The notes below the pieces were generated by a model. It saw only the letters and a list, made by a program, of their open reading frames with translations. It was not told the origin of the DNA and searched no databases. DNA of 64,000 nt from Roseovarius sp. UBA6217 (GTDB lineage Bacteria; Pseudomonadota; Alphaproteobacteria; Rhodobacterales; Rhodobacteraceae): contig DISF01000043.1 of the NCBI GenBank assembly GCA_002421985.1, forward strand, positions 4,462 to 68,461, in the 5' to 3' direction. Within the stretch, counting starts at the first letter, position 1. Every line of letters begins with the position of its first letter. Position numbers and translations under genes: made by a program. Positions 41,649 through 51,548 of the stretch are shown here, piece by piece.

Positions 41649-41850
41649 GGTCTGTTATTATCATTCGACATGATGCGCTGAGCCGCGCGGTGCCCGACCG
41701 CGGGTGGGCGCTGCAACGGTTGTGGAATGCGTTTTATGGTGCCGAATACTTGAGCGATTGTGCGGATTGCACCGTAGCAAAAGCGCCCGCCCGTCCGGGC
41801 GGTCGGGCGCTCGCGCGGCGGTGCCTGCGGCACATTGATTCCGCGCGGGG
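41649..41850 (+). repeat. Interspersed repeat, full copy 1 (core + 138-bp inverted-repeat-bounded unit + short hairpin)
   Basis: 41682-41701 is the reverse complement of 41799-41819 (1 indel, 1 mismatch); 41729-41819 matches 49203-49293 at 86/91 nt. Confidence 0.85.
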
Positions 41851-41878
41851 AAGGATTGCGAACGCCCCCCCGCCCCGC

Positions 41879-42274
41879 CTATGCGCCCGTCTCACCCTCT
41901 GCCTCGGCCTCGATCCGGGCGCGCTCGGCATCGCTTTCATAGCTGGCCCAGGGCCGCGCGCCGCCGGTGGGCGGCAGGTCTTCGGGCTTGTGGAGCAGGT
42001 GCAGATGCGTCTTGGCAATGAAATGCCCGGTAATCGGCGCGGTGAGGAACAGAAACAACGTGATCATCAACTCGTGAAACGAAAACTGCCCGACGATGAA
42101 ATAGAAATACAGCATCGACGCGATCAGCGCGCCGCCCACCCCCAGCGTGGTCGCCTTGGTGGGCGCGTGCAGCCGCATCATCGGATCGGGCAGCTTGATA
42201 AGGCCAAAAGAGCCGACCAGCCCGAACACGCCGCTGATGACAAGACAGGCGGAAATCGCGATCTCGGCAAGCAT
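41879..42274 (-). CDS. phaG: Pha/Mrp antiporter subunit G
   Basis: RLHAPTKATTLG, FLTAPI. Confidence 0.92.
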   Translation of the reverse strand: MLAEIAISACLVISGVFGLVGSFGLIKLPDPMMRLHAPTKATTLGVGGALIASMLYFYFIVGQFSFHELMITLFLFLTAPITGHFIAKTHLHLLHKPEDLPPTGGARPWASYESDAERARIEAEAEGETGA

Positions 42275-42285
42275 GGCAGCGCCCC

Positions 42286-42555
42286 CTATTCGATGATGTC
42301 GCCGCGCAACAGAAAGCGCGTGTAGGATACGGTTGAGATAAAGCCGGTCATGGCGATAATCATCGACGCCTCGAAATACATCGTGGTGCCCTTGAGGATA
42401 CCGAAGAGCGCCAGAAGCGCGATAGCATTGATGACCATCGTATCCAGCGCAAGGATGCGGTCGCCCAGGCTTGGCGCCCATATAACCCGGTAGGCATTCA
42501 TCAAAAGCCCCAGCCCGAAACAGGCAAAGGCAAAGCTGAGCGCGGCCCCGATCAT
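42286..42555 (-). CDS. phaF: Pha/Mrp antiporter subunit F
   Basis: PSLGDRILALDT, GFISTV. Confidence 0.92.
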   Translation of the reverse strand: MIGAALSFAFACFGLGLLMNAYRVIWAPSLGDRILALDTMVINAIALLALFGILKGTTMYFEASMIIAMTGFISTVSYTRFLLRGDIIE

Positions 42556-43043
42556 TCGAATATCTCCTTCAGCCGGGCCTCGTAGCGGGCCTTGATCTCG
42601 TCGCGCACGGCGTCGGGGTCGGGCGCGTCGAGGCAATGAACCAGAAGGCTACGCCCGTCGGCGCTCACATCGCTCGACACGGTGCCGGGCGTCATGGTGA
42701 TCGTGCCCGCCAGAACCGTGATCGCCTCTGGCGTGCGCAGATCGAGCGGGATGGCAATCCAGGCGGGATGCGTGTTGGCGTTGGATTTGAACAGGATCAC
42801 CCAGGCGACCTGCACATTGGCCACGCAGATATCCCACAGCACCACAAGCACGTATTCGACGATCCGCGGCCAGCTTCGCAGCTTGGGCCGGTTGGGCCAG
42901 TAGGGCGAGGTGATGAGCGGGATGATCACCCCGAGAATGGCACCAAGCACGAGGTTGCCCACCGTCACCTTGTTGACCAGCATCTGCCAGACCACGATCA
43001 GCAAGAGCGTCAAAAGCGGATGGGGAAGGATCTTGTGCAGCAT
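42552..43043 (-). CDS. phaE: Pha/Mrp antiporter subunit E
   Basis: DICVAN, ITMTPGTVS, LLVHCLD. Confidence 0.92.
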   Translation of the reverse strand: MLHKILPHPLLTLLLIVVWQMLVNKVTVGNLVLGAILGVIIPLITSPYWPNRPKLRSWPRIVEYVLVVLWDICVANVQVAWVILFKSNANTHPAWIAIPLDLRTPEAITVLAGTITMTPGTVSSDVSADGRSLLVHCLDAPDPDAVRDEIKARYEARLKEIFE

Positions 43044-43057
43044 GTCGTGTCCCTCCC

Positions 43058-44560
43058 TCAACCCTGCCCCAAAACGGCGGCGATATAGGCGGCGGGCGCG
43101 TGCATCTGCGCCGCCGTCGCCTCAAGATAGCGCATCACCGGCCCGGCAAGAACCGCGAGCATCCCCACCCCGGCAAGCAGTGCGAAACACGCCACCAGCG
43201 GCAGCGCCGGTTGCGGCGCGGGGGAGGAGTCTGCCCCGTCAAGCTTCCAGAACACCACACTGCCCGCCTGCGCAAATCCCAGCACCGCCACCAGCGAGGT
43301 GGCCAGCACCGCGCCCCAGATGAGCCAGACATCCGCCATCTCGCGCGTGGCGTCCAGCACCAGAAGCTTGCCGACAAAGCCCGAGAGCGGCGGCAGCCCG
43401 GCGGTGGCGATAGCCGCGCCGAACCACAGTGCCGCCAGCATCCCGTGCTGTGCCATGCGCGGCCCCGGCACCAACGCGCCACCCAGCGCCCCGCGCCGCG
43501 CGCGCACCAGATCGACCACGAGGAACAGAAGTGCCCCTGCCAGGGTCGAGTGGATGGTGTAATAAAGCGCCGCCGCCGTGCTCTGCGGCGTGAACACCGC
43601 CACCGCGATCAGCAGCGTGCCCATCGAGCCGATGGCGGCAAAGGCCGCCAGCCGCCCAAGCCTCTTCGCGCCCAGAATGCCGATCATCCCCACCGCCAGC
43701 GTCGCGAGCGCGCCAAAAAGCAGCACTTCGTCGATCAGGTCGGCGGTGACATCCAGATCGGGGCCGAAAATCAGCGTGTAGAACCGCAAGATCGCATAGG
43801 CCCCGATCTTTGTCATGATGGCAAAGAGCGCTGCCACCGGTGCCGGGGCCTCGGCATAGGTGTTGGGCAGCCAGAAATGCAGCGGCAACAGCGCCGCCTT
43901 GACCGCAAAGACCAGAAACAAAAGCATCGCGCCCACCCGCAGAAGCGCGCTGTCCTCCACCGGTATCTCGGCGGCGCGCACCGCCAGATCGGCCATGTTG
44001 AGCGTGCCCGTCACCGCATAGATGGTGCCCAGCGCGAACAGGAACAGGGTCGAACCAAGCAGGTTGTAGATGACATATTGCACCCCCGCCTTGAGCCTGC
44101 GCGCGCCCCCCGCATGGATCATCAGCCCGTAAGAGGCGATGAGCAGAACCTCGAAGAACACAAAGAGGTTGAACGCGTCGCCGGTGAGGAACGCGCCGCA
44201 GATTCCCATGAGCTGAAACTGCCACAGCGCGTGGAAATTGCGCCCCCGCTGATCCCAGCCGGTGCCGATTGCGTAAAGCAGCACCACGAGCGCCAGCACC
44301 GCCGTGAGCAGCACCATCAGCGCCGACAGCCGGTCGAGCACCAGCACGATCCCGAAAGGTGCGGGCCAGTTGCCCAGCTCATAGACGGTGATGCCGCCGC
44401 CCGCCGCCTCGGCCAGCAGTCCCAGCGCCACCGCCACAAGCGCCACGCAGCCCGCCACCGAGAACACCCGCTGCAACGCCGCGTGATAGCGCATCGCAAG
44501 GGTCATGATCGCCGCCAGCACTGCGGGCAGCACAACCGGCACGATGATCCAGTGGCTCAT
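43058..44560 (-). CDS. phaD: Pha/Mrp antiporter subunit D
   Basis: DAFNLFVFFEV, KAALLPLHFWLP, TKIGAY, GLPPLSGF.GK. Confidence 0.94.
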   Translation of the reverse strand: MSHWIIVPVVLPAVLAAIMTLAMRYHAALQRVFSVAGCVALVAVALGLLAEAAGGGITVYELGNWPAPFGIVLVLDRLSALMVLLTAVLALVVLLYAIGTGWDQRGRNFHALWQFQLMGICGAFLTGDAFNLFVFFEVLLIASYGLMIHAGGARRLKAGVQYVIYNLLGSTLFLFALGTIYAVTGTLNMADLAVRAAEIPVEDSALLRVGAMLLFLVFAVKAALLPLHFWLPNTYAEAPAPVAALFAIMTKIGAYAILRFYTLIFGPDLDVTADLIDEVLLFGALATLAVGMIGILGAKRLGRLAAFAAIGSMGTLLIAVAVFTPQSTAAALYYTIHSTLAGALLFLVVDLVRARRGALGGALVPGPRMAQHGMLAALWFGAAIATAGLPPLSGFVGKLLVLDATREMADVWLIWGAVLATSLVAVLGFAQAGSVVFWKLDGADSSPAPQPALPLVACFALLAGVGMLAVLAGPVMRYLEATAAQMHAPAAYIAAVLGQG

Positions 44561-44907
44561 GCCCCGCCCTCCGCGCCGCTATCATCGGGCGGCAGGCACA
44601 CATCATCGTCGCCCGCCGACAGATACGCCCCGAGCGCCAGCATCACCGCCACCGCCGTCATCCCGAAGGAGATCACGATCGCAGTCAGCACCAGCGCCTG
44701 CGGCAGCGGATCGGTATAGCTCTCGACCCCCTTTCTCAGGATCGGCGGCATGTCCACCGCCAGCCGCCCGGTGATGAACAGAAAGAGGTTGACCGCATAG
44801 GTCAGCAGCGACAGACCGACGATCACCGGGAATGTCCTGAGCCGCAGCACGAGGTAAATCCCCGCAGCCGTCAGCAGGCCGATGGCCGATGCCATGAGCG
44901 CTTCCAT
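44557..44907 (-). CDS. phaC: Pha/Mrp antiporter subunit C
   Basis: DPLPQALVLTAIVISF. Confidence 0.94.
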   Translation of the reverse strand: MEALMASAIGLLTAAGIYLVLRLRTFPVIVGLSLLTYAVNLFLFITGRLAVDMPPILRKGVESYTDPLPQALVLTAIVISFGMTAVAVMLALGAYLSAGDDDVCLPPDDSGAEGGA

Positions 44908-44908
44908 G

Positions 44909-47788
44909 TCAGACCCCTCCCCCGGCTTGATCGTTCTCGCGCGCCGGGTCCACATCCATCGGGTGGATGTTGACCGTCCCGCCCGCGCGCCGCGCCATGC
45001 TCGACAGGCTTTGCAGCGCGAGCATGACCGCGCCCACCACCGTCAGGAACACGCCGATATCAAAGGCGATGGCCGTGGCCCACTCGAATTCCTCGATCGG
45101 CGGAAAATGCAGATAGCCGTAATCCGAGGTCAGGAACGGCCGCCCCGCCAGCCATGCCCCGCCCCCCGTCACCGCCGCGATCAGCACGCCAAGCCCGATG
45201 GTGGCGTGATAGGTCACCCGTTGGCGCGCCTCCGCCCAGGCATAGCCCGAGGCCATGTATTGCATCACAAAGGCGATGGCCACGATCAGCCCGGCGATGA
45301 ACCCGCCCCCCGGCTCGTTATGGCCGCGCAAGAAGATATAGGCCCCCACCATCAGCGCAATGGGCATCATCACGCGGGTGGCCACCACCATCATGAGCGG
45401 GTGACGGTCGCCCGCCTGCCCCTCGGGGTTGGTATCCGGGTCCAGCCGCGAGAGCCTGCGCCCCCCCTCGCCGCGCAGCACCGTATCGGTCAGGGCGAAT
45501 ATCACCAGCGCCGCGATCCCCAGCACGATGATTTCGCCGAACGTGTCAAAGCCCCGGAAATCCACCAGGATCACGTTGACCACATTGGTGCCGCCGCCGC
45601 CCTTGTAGGCATTGGCGAGGTGAAAGGCCGAGATGCTGTCAAAGGCGAAATCGCGCACCATGATGGCATAGCTCAGCCCAGCCACCGCCGCACCACCGCC
45701 AAGCGCGATCACCCCATCGCGCAGCCGCCTGCCCGCGCTGCTTTCGGCGGGCGTCTCGCGCGGCAGGAAATTGAGCGCGAGCAACAGCAGGATGATCGTC
45801 ACCACCTCCACCGATATCTGCGTCAGCGCCAGATCGGGGGCCGAGAAATAGACGAATGCCAGCGACACCATCAATCCCGCGATCCCCAGCAGCACCAGCG
45901 CCGTGAACCGCGCCCGGTGATAGACCACCAGAAGCACCGTGGCCACCGCCAGCAGCACCCAGCCCACCGCCGGGATCAGCGCCACCGGCAGCGGCGCGCG
46001 CGAGGGCGGTGCCATCCCGCCCGCGCTCCACGCCATCCAGCCCAGCACCGGCACCACCACCGCAAAGACGGCGGCGTTGCGCATCAGGCTGCCATCATGC
46101 ACCCCGTCGGTGAGCATTGTCGCCCACCGCGTCGCCGCCCGCGTCACCGCGTCGAACATGCGCTTTGCCTCGGGGCGCGGCGTGGCGTTCCACATGCCCG
46201 TCAGGGGCGCGTGCCCCGCCAGCAGCAGCGCGCCGCCCGCCACCGCGATCACCGACATCCAGAAGGCGGGCACCAGCCCGTGCCAGTGATAGATCTTCAC
46301 ATATGGCTCTGCCCCCGTCACCGCCTGCGCCGCCACCCGCACCAGATCGCCGGCAAAGGTCATCGGCATCACCCCGATCAACACTACCAGCACGGTCAGA
46401 AACGCAGGGGCCGCCCACATGCCGAAACCGGGATCATGCGGCTCGGCCGGGTAGTCGCTGCGCTTGGGGCCAAGGAACACATGCGCGATATAGCGAAACG
46501 AATAGGCGACCGAGAAAAGCGCGCCCAGCGTCGCCACCGCCCCCATCAGCCAGGCGGGCCCGAACCACTGTGTATGCGCCACCTCCTCCAGCATCATTTC
46601 CTTGGACAGGAACCCGTTCAGTGGCGGAATGCCCGCCATCGACAGCGCCGCAATCGTGGCAATGGTGAAGGTGATCGGCATCAGATGCCGCAAGCCCCCC
46701 AACCGCTTGATATCACGGGTATGCGCCTCGTGATCTACAATACCGGCGGTCATGAAGAGTGCGGCCTTGAAGGTCGCGTGATTGATGATGTGGAACACCG
46801 CCACCACTGCCGCCGCCTTGGTGCCAAGCCCCAGAAGCATGGTGATGAGGCCCAGATGCGAGACCGTCGAGAAGGCCAGCAGCGCCTTGAGATCATCCTT
46901 GAACAGCGCGATCTTGGCCGCCATCACCATGGTGATCAGGCCCGTCGTCGCCACGATCCAGAACCATTCGGGCGTGCCCGCCAGCACCGGCCACATCCGC
47001 GCCATGAGAAACAGCCCCGCCTTCACCATCGTGGCCGAATGCAGATAGGCCGAGACGGGCGTGGGCGCGGCCATCGCGTGCGGCAGCCAGAAGTGGAACG
47101 GGAACTGCGCCGATTTGGTGAAACAGCCCAAAAGAATCAGAATCAGGGCGGGCAGATAGAGCGGGCTTGCCTGAATCGCGTCCTTCTGTGTCAGGATCAC
47201 GCTCAGGTCATAGCTTCCGGCGATGTTGCCCAGGATGAGCATCCCCGCGATCATCGCAAGCCCGCCCATGCCCGTCACCGTCAGGGCCATCCGCGCGCCC
47301 TGACGGCCCTCGGGAAGGTGCTTCCAATAGCCGATGAGCAGGAAGGACGAGAGCGATGTCAGCTCCCAGAACACCAGCAAAAGCAGGATGTTGTCCGACA
47401 GGACAATCCCCACCATCGCGCCCTGGAACAAGAGCAGATAGGTGTAGAACTGCCCCATCGGATCCTCTCGCGACAGATAAAACCGCGCGTAGAGGATAAT
47501 CAGAAGGCCAATGCCAAGAATCATCCCGGCAAACAGCAGCCCCAGCCCGTCGAGCATGAAATTGACGTTGAGGCCCAGCGATGGCAGCCATTCGATGTGA
47601 TAGGTCAGCACCTCGCCGCGCATCACGGACGGCACGCATAGCAGCAAGAGTGTCAGCGCAAGGATCGTGGCCGAGGCGGTAAAGGCGGCGCAGGTATTGC
47701 GCCCGGCCTGAATCATAAGCCCCGGCAGCAGCGCGCCCAGAAACGGCAGCGCCGCGATGATCGGCAAGAACACTGCGGCGGTTTGCAT
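44909..47788 (-). CDS. phaA: Pha/Mrp antiporter fused subunit A/B
   Basis: WELTSLSSFLLI, KSAQFPFHFWLP, NVVNVILVDFRGFDT, GHNEPGGGF; 959 aa group-2 fusion. Confidence 0.94.
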   Translation of the reverse strand: MQTAAVFLPIIAALPFLGALLPGLMIQAGRNTCAAFTASATILALTLLLLCVPSVMRGEVLTYHIEWLPSLGLNVNFMLDGLGLLFAGMILGIGLLIILYARFYLSREDPMGQFYTYLLLFQGAMVGIVLSDNILLLLVFWELTSLSSFLLIGYWKHLPEGRQGARMALTVTGMGGLAMIAGMLILGNIAGSYDLSVILTQKDAIQASPLYLPALILILLGCFTKSAQFPFHFWLPHAMAAPTPVSAYLHSATMVKAGLFLMARMWPVLAGTPEWFWIVATTGLITMVMAAKIALFKDDLKALLAFSTVSHLGLITMLLGLGTKAAAVVAVFHIINHATFKAALFMTAGIVDHEAHTRDIKRLGGLRHLMPITFTIATIAALSMAGIPPLNGFLSKEMMLEEVAHTQWFGPAWLMGAVATLGALFSVAYSFRYIAHVFLGPKRSDYPAEPHDPGFGMWAAPAFLTVLVVLIGVMPMTFAGDLVRVAAQAVTGAEPYVKIYHWHGLVPAFWMSVIAVAGGALLLAGHAPLTGMWNATPRPEAKRMFDAVTRAATRWATMLTDGVHDGSLMRNAAVFAVVVPVLGWMAWSAGGMAPPSRAPLPVALIPAVGWVLLAVATVLLVVYHRARFTALVLLGIAGLMVSLAFVYFSAPDLALTQISVEVVTIILLLLALNFLPRETPAESSAGRRLRDGVIALGGGAAVAGLSYAIMVRDFAFDSISAFHLANAYKGGGGTNVVNVILVDFRGFDTFGEIIVLGIAALVIFALTDTVLRGEGGRRLSRLDPDTNPEGQAGDRHPLMMVVATRVMMPIALMVGAYIFLRGHNEPGGGFIAGLIVAIAFVMQYMASGYAWAEARQRVTYHATIGLGVLIAAVTGGGAWLAGRPFLTSDYGYLHFPPIEEFEWATAIAFDIGVFLTVVGAVMLALQSLSSMARRAGGTVNIHPMDVDPARENDQAGGGV

Positions 47789-47963
47789 CCCGGCCTGCCC
47801 CCCTGTCCCGGTCCCGTGGTCCGCTCCTCATGCCGCGACCGGATAACCGGCGCGGGTCGGACCCTCTTGTGTTGTCACGGCAATATAGGGATGCCCCCGC
47901 CCGCAACAAGTCGATTCCGACATCGCATCAGGCAGAAACGATGCGAGCGCCGGGGCCGCACGC

Positions 47964-48446
47964 TCAGATCCGGCCGTCGAACGCGTCGAGCACGGCGCGA
48001 TAGACCGCACGCTTGAACGGCACGATATGCGCCAGCAACTGCTCCGGCGGCAGCCAGCGCCATTCGGAAAATTCAGGATGCTCGGTGGCGATGTTCACAT
48101 CCCCGTCCTGCCCGAGAAACCGCATCAGCACCCATTTCTGCTCTTGCCCGCGATAGCGCCCCTTCCAGATGCGCGGCACAAGATCAACGGGCAAGTCATA
48201 GGTCAGCCAGTCCGGCGTTTCCGCCTCTATGCGCACCTTGTCAGAGGTCACGCCGGTCTCTTCCCACAATTCGCGCAGCGCCGCCTCGGTCACACTCTCG
48301 CCCTTGTCGATGCCCCCCTGCGGCATCTGCCAGGCGGGCGCGTCAGTGTCGATGCGCTGCCCGACGAACACATCGCCCGCCGGATTGGCAAGCATCACAC
48401 CGACGCAGCGGCGATAGGGCAGGCGGGCGATCTCTTCGGGGGTCAT
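47964..48446 (-). CDS. rppH: RNA pyrophosphohydrolase
   Basis: [10 protein letters not shown]....[23 protein letters not shown]. Confidence 0.93.
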   Translation of the reverse strand: MTPEEIARLPYRRCVGVMLANPAGDVFVGQRIDTDAPAWQMPQGGIDKGESVTEAALRELWEETGVTSDKVRIEAETPDWLTYDLPVDLVPRIWKGRYRGQEQKWVLMRFLGQDGDVNIATEHPEFSEWRWLPPEQLLAHIVPFKRAVYRAVLDAFDGRI

Positions 48447-48591
48447 GGCGGTCCTTTCTCCTGACGGCTGAACGCAAACTGCGGCGCGTCCCGGCAGAGG
48501 TCAAGGCGCGGGAGACGCCTCGACGCGGCGAGCCTTGTCTTCCCCCGGCTGATCGCGGGGGCCGACGGCGTGGCGGTCTCGGTGCTGCGGC

Positions 48592-49038
48592 TCAGGGGCT
48601 GACGAGCCGCTCCAGCGGATCGTAGCCCATGCCCCGCGCAAAAAAGGCCACGTCGCGCAGGCTGTCGGGCTTGACGCGCAGCGCCGCCATCTCGGCTTGC
48701 GTCACCCAGCGGCGGCGGCTCACCACGCCCTCGGGGTCGCGCCAGTCGCCGCACAGCGCGCCGCTGACGACGCGGGCGCGAAAGAACACCTCCACCTGGT
48801 GAAATCCCGCCTCGGGCGCGTGGAACTCGTTGACAAGGCAGGGCGCGCCCACCGCGATCACCAGCCCGGTTTCCTCATAGACCTCGCGCATCAGGTTTTC
48901 GGGCAGCGAGGCATGGGCCTCGACCCCGCCACCGGGCGCGCACCACAGCGTGCTGTCGGCTCTGGCAAAGGCATTGACCAGGAGCAGCCGCGCGTCCTCG
49001 ACGATCACGGCGCGCACGGCAAGGCGGGGGGCGGGCAT
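48592..49038 (-). CDS. NUDIX hydrolase
   Basis: PGGGVE.....ENLMREVYEETG Nudix box. Confidence 0.88.
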   Translation of the reverse strand: MPAPRLAVRAVIVEDARLLLVNAFARADSTLWCAPGGGVEAHASLPENLMREVYEETGLVIAVGAPCLVNEFHAPEAGFHQVEVFFRARVVSGALCGDWRDPEGVVSRRRWVTQAEMAALRVKPDSLRDVAFFARGMGYDPLERLVSP

Positions 49039-49118
49039 GGGGCGGCTCCGGGCTGCATGGGGGCGCAATCGCGCTTGGCCTACCTTCCACGCGGCTGCGA
49101 GCGGTGCAAGCCCCCTGA

Positions 49119-49375
49119 CCAACCAGCCCGACCCGTCGCCGATGACGTGCAGAGCCGCGCGAGTGCCCGACCGCGGGTGGGCGCGGCATCGGTTGTGGGC
49201 TGGCGTTTTATGGTGCCAAATACTTTGACGATTGTGCGGATTGCACCGTTGCAAAAGCGCCCGCCCGTCCGGGCGGTCGGGCGCTCGCGCGGCGGCGCGC
49301 AAGCGCGCCTTGTTCCGCGCGGGGGACAGGAAGGCGACGGTCCGCTTCGGGCTGCACTGCCAACCAGCCCGACCC
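49119..49375 (+). repeat. Interspersed repeat, full copy 2, enclosed by 16-bp direct repeats
   Basis: 21-bp inverted repeats 49154-49174 / 49273-49293 (1 mismatch); CCAACCAGCCCGACCC at 49119-49134 and 49360-49375. Confidence 0.85.
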
Positions 49376-49464
49376 ACTGCCCCCCCAAGCGAGGGGTTGA
49401 CCCCGCGCGCCGGGTTGCCGACATGATGCCCGCAAACGCCGCGCCATAATCAAGGAGAGGCTTG

Positions 49465-50043
49465 ATGCCCGATCCCGCCCCCGCCGCTCTGGCCTTTCTG
49501 CAAACCCGCCGGTCGCGCCCGGCCAAGACCCTTGGCCTGCCGGTGCCCGACCGCGCCGCGCTGCGCCCGCTGCTCGAGATCGCCCTGCGCTGTCCCGATC
49601 ACGGCAAGCTCGAGCCGTGGCGCCTCGTGGTGCTGGAACGCGCCGCGCTGCTGCGCCTTGCCGGGCTGGTCGAGGGCTGTGGCGCGCGGCTCGGCAAGAC
49701 CGGGGCCGAGATCGACAAGCAGCGCGCGCAATTCGCCGAGGCGCATCTCGCCGTGGCGGTGATCGCCTCGCCCCGGCCCTCCGACAAGGTGCCCGCGATA
49801 GAGCAGGCCGATTCCGCCGCCTGCGTGGCCTACGGGCTGCTGATGGCGGCGCTGGCGGCGGGTTGGGGGGCCAACTGGCTCACCGGCTGGGCGGCCCATG
49901 ATGCGGGCTTTGCGCAAGAGGCGCTTGGCCTCGCGGGCCACGAGCGGATCGTGGGCTTTGTCCATATCGGCGAGGAAACCGCCACGCCGCCCGAACGCCC
50001 GCGCCCCGACACCGACGCGCGCACCACATGGATGGACGCATGA
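49465..50043 (+). CDS. Nitroreductase family protein (YdjA-like)
   Basis: RRSRP, PDHGKLEPWR, NWLTGW, IVGFVHIG. Confidence 0.9.
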   Translation: MPDPAPAALAFLQTRRSRPAKTLGLPVPDRAALRPLLEIALRCPDHGKLEPWRLVVLERAALLRLAGLVEGCGARLGKTGAEIDKQRAQFAEAHLAVAVIASPRPSDKVPAIEQADSAACVAYGLLMAALAAGWGANWLTGWAAHDAGFAQEALGLAGHERIVGFVHIGEETATPPERPRPDTDARTTWMDA

Positions 50044-50744
50044 TTTTCGCGGCCTTTCTCAAGACCCTCGGCCAATTGGGCGACCCGCGCTTTCGCCGGG
50101 TGCTGCTGCTTGGTATCGGGCTGACGCTGGCGCTTCTGGTGGTGGCCTATGGTGCCGTTATGTGGCTTGTGCAGGCGACGGTGGGCGATACCACCGTTCT
50201 GCCGCTCATCGGCGAGGTGACATGGCTGGGCGACCTGCTGAGCGGGGCCTCGCTTTTCCTGATGGTGGTGCTGTCGGTGTTCCTGATGGTGCCGGTGGCC
50301 TCGGCGATCACGTCGCTGTTTCTCGACGATGTGGCGCAGGCGGTCGAGGATCGCCACTACCCCGGCTTGGCCCCGGTGGCGGGCACGGGCTTTGGCGAGG
50401 CGCTCAAGGACACGGTGAATTTCCTCGGAGTCATCGTGGTGGCCAACATGCTGGCGCTCATCCTCTACGCGATCTTCACGCCATTCGCGCTTTTCATCTT
50501 CTGGGGGTTGAACGGTTATTTGCTGGGGATGGAATATTTCACCCTCGCCGCGATGCGCCGCGAGGGGCGCGCCGCCGCGCATCGGCTGCGCAAGAAGAAC
50601 CGCCTTACGATCTGGGCCGCCGGGGTGCTGATGGCGATGCCGCTTTCGGTGCCGCTGCTGAACCTGCTCATTCCGATCCTTGGCGCGGCCACCTTCACCC
50701 ATATCTACCATACTATCCGGCGGAGGGCGGGCCCATCCGGTTGA
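50040..50744 (+). CDS. EI24/CysZ-like membrane protein
   Basis: SLFLDDVAQAVE.RHYP, NGYLLG.EYF, P.LNLL.P..GAATFTH. Confidence 0.85.
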   Translation: MIFAAFLKTLGQLGDPRFRRVLLLGIGLTLALLVVAYGAVMWLVQATVGDTTVLPLIGEVTWLGDLLSGASLFLMVVLSVFLMVPVASAITSLFLDDVAQAVEDRHYPGLAPVAGTGFGEALKDTVNFLGVIVVANMLALILYAIFTPFALFIFWGLNGYLLGMEYFTLAAMRREGRAAAHRLRKKNRLTIWAAGVLMAMPLSVPLLNLLIPILGAATFTHIYHTIRRRAGPSG

Positions 50745-50994
50745 ACATGTCGATATCGCGCACTGAGATCATCCCCGACACGATCACATAGGCGCACACC
50801 GCCCATATGACGAAGGCGATGCCGGTGGTGATCCACGCCTTTGTCTTCAGGTGATGATGCGCGGGCGATCCCGCATGGGTGCCGGGCACGATGTGGCCCA
50901 GATCGCCCTGTGTCTGGATTCGCACGGGTAGCACCACGAAAAAGGTCAGGAACCAGATCACCACATAGAGCACGATGGCCGAGGTGATCCCCAT
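50713..50994 (-). CDS. DUF1467 family membrane protein
   Basis: MGITSAIVLYVVIW, TQGD.G..VPGTH.GSP. Confidence 0.85.
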   Translation of the reverse strand: MGITSAIVLYVVIWFLTFFVVLPVRIQTQGDLGHIVPGTHAGSPAHHHLKTKAWITTGIAFVIWAVCAYVIVSGMISVRDIDMFNRMGPPSAG

Positions 50995-51398
50995 CAGACC
51001 TGCTCCAGCTCGGTCAGGGTGCCGTTCATGTCTTTGGGATGCAAAAACAGGACCGGCTTGCCATGCGCGCCGATCTTTGGCTCGCCATTCCCCAGCACGC
51101 GCAGACCGCTTGCCTTCAGCTTGTCGCGCGCGGCAAGGATATCCTCGACCTCGTAGCAGACATGGTGAATCCCGCCCGAGGGGTTCTTTTCCAGAAAGCC
51201 CTTGATCGGGCTGTCCTCGCCCAAGGGGTAAAGCAGTTCGATCTTGGTGTTGGGCAACTCGATGAACACGACCGTGACGCCGTGATCTGGCTCATCCTGC
51301 GGCGCGCCGACCCTGGCCCCCAGCGCATCGCGATATTGCGCGGCGGCGGCCTCGAGATCGGGCACGGCGATGGCGACATGGTTGAGACGTCCGATCAT
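50994..51398 (-). CDS. mce: Methylmalonyl-CoA epimerase
   Basis: LNHVAIAVPDL, KIELLYP, GGIHHVCYEV, FLHPKD. Confidence 0.95.
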   Translation of the reverse strand: MIGRLNHVAIAVPDLEAAAAQYRDALGARVGAPQDEPDHGVTVVFIELPNTKIELLYPLGEDSPIKGFLEKNPSGGIHHVCYEVEDILAARDKLKASGLRVLGNGEPKIGAHGKPVLFLHPKDMNGTLTELEQV

Positions 51399-51481
51399 GG
51401 GGTTCTCCTTTTCTGGCATGGTGGCGGTGTTATGGCGGCGACAGGCGCGCGAGGCAAGCGGCTGCGCCGCCGCAGCCGCCC

Positions 51482-51497
51482 GTTAACCGCGCATTCA
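51482..51497 (-). promoter_or_regulatory. CtrA-like binding site
   Basis: Minus strand TGAA-N7-TTAAC versus consensus TTAA-N7-TTAAC (1 mismatch). Confidence 0.4.
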
Positions 51498-51548
51498 TCA
51501 ATGACGGGCCATGCTTTGGGCCTGAGCAAGCCAGAAGGGATCACCGTC

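Noticed and set aside
41690-42325. ORFs across the repeat copies, including a minus-strand RTIAQVFGTIKR / RTIVKVFGTIKR segment resembling a DDE transposase motif
   Set aside because: The catalytic Glu is absent, differences between copies are mostly non-synonymous, and the ORFs overlap real genes; similarity is explained by the DNA repeat.
41682-49293. CRISPR array or composite transposon around the pha operon
   Set aside because: No regularly spaced repeats or cas genes; the two copies are 7.5 kb apart, encode no transposase and enclose core genes.
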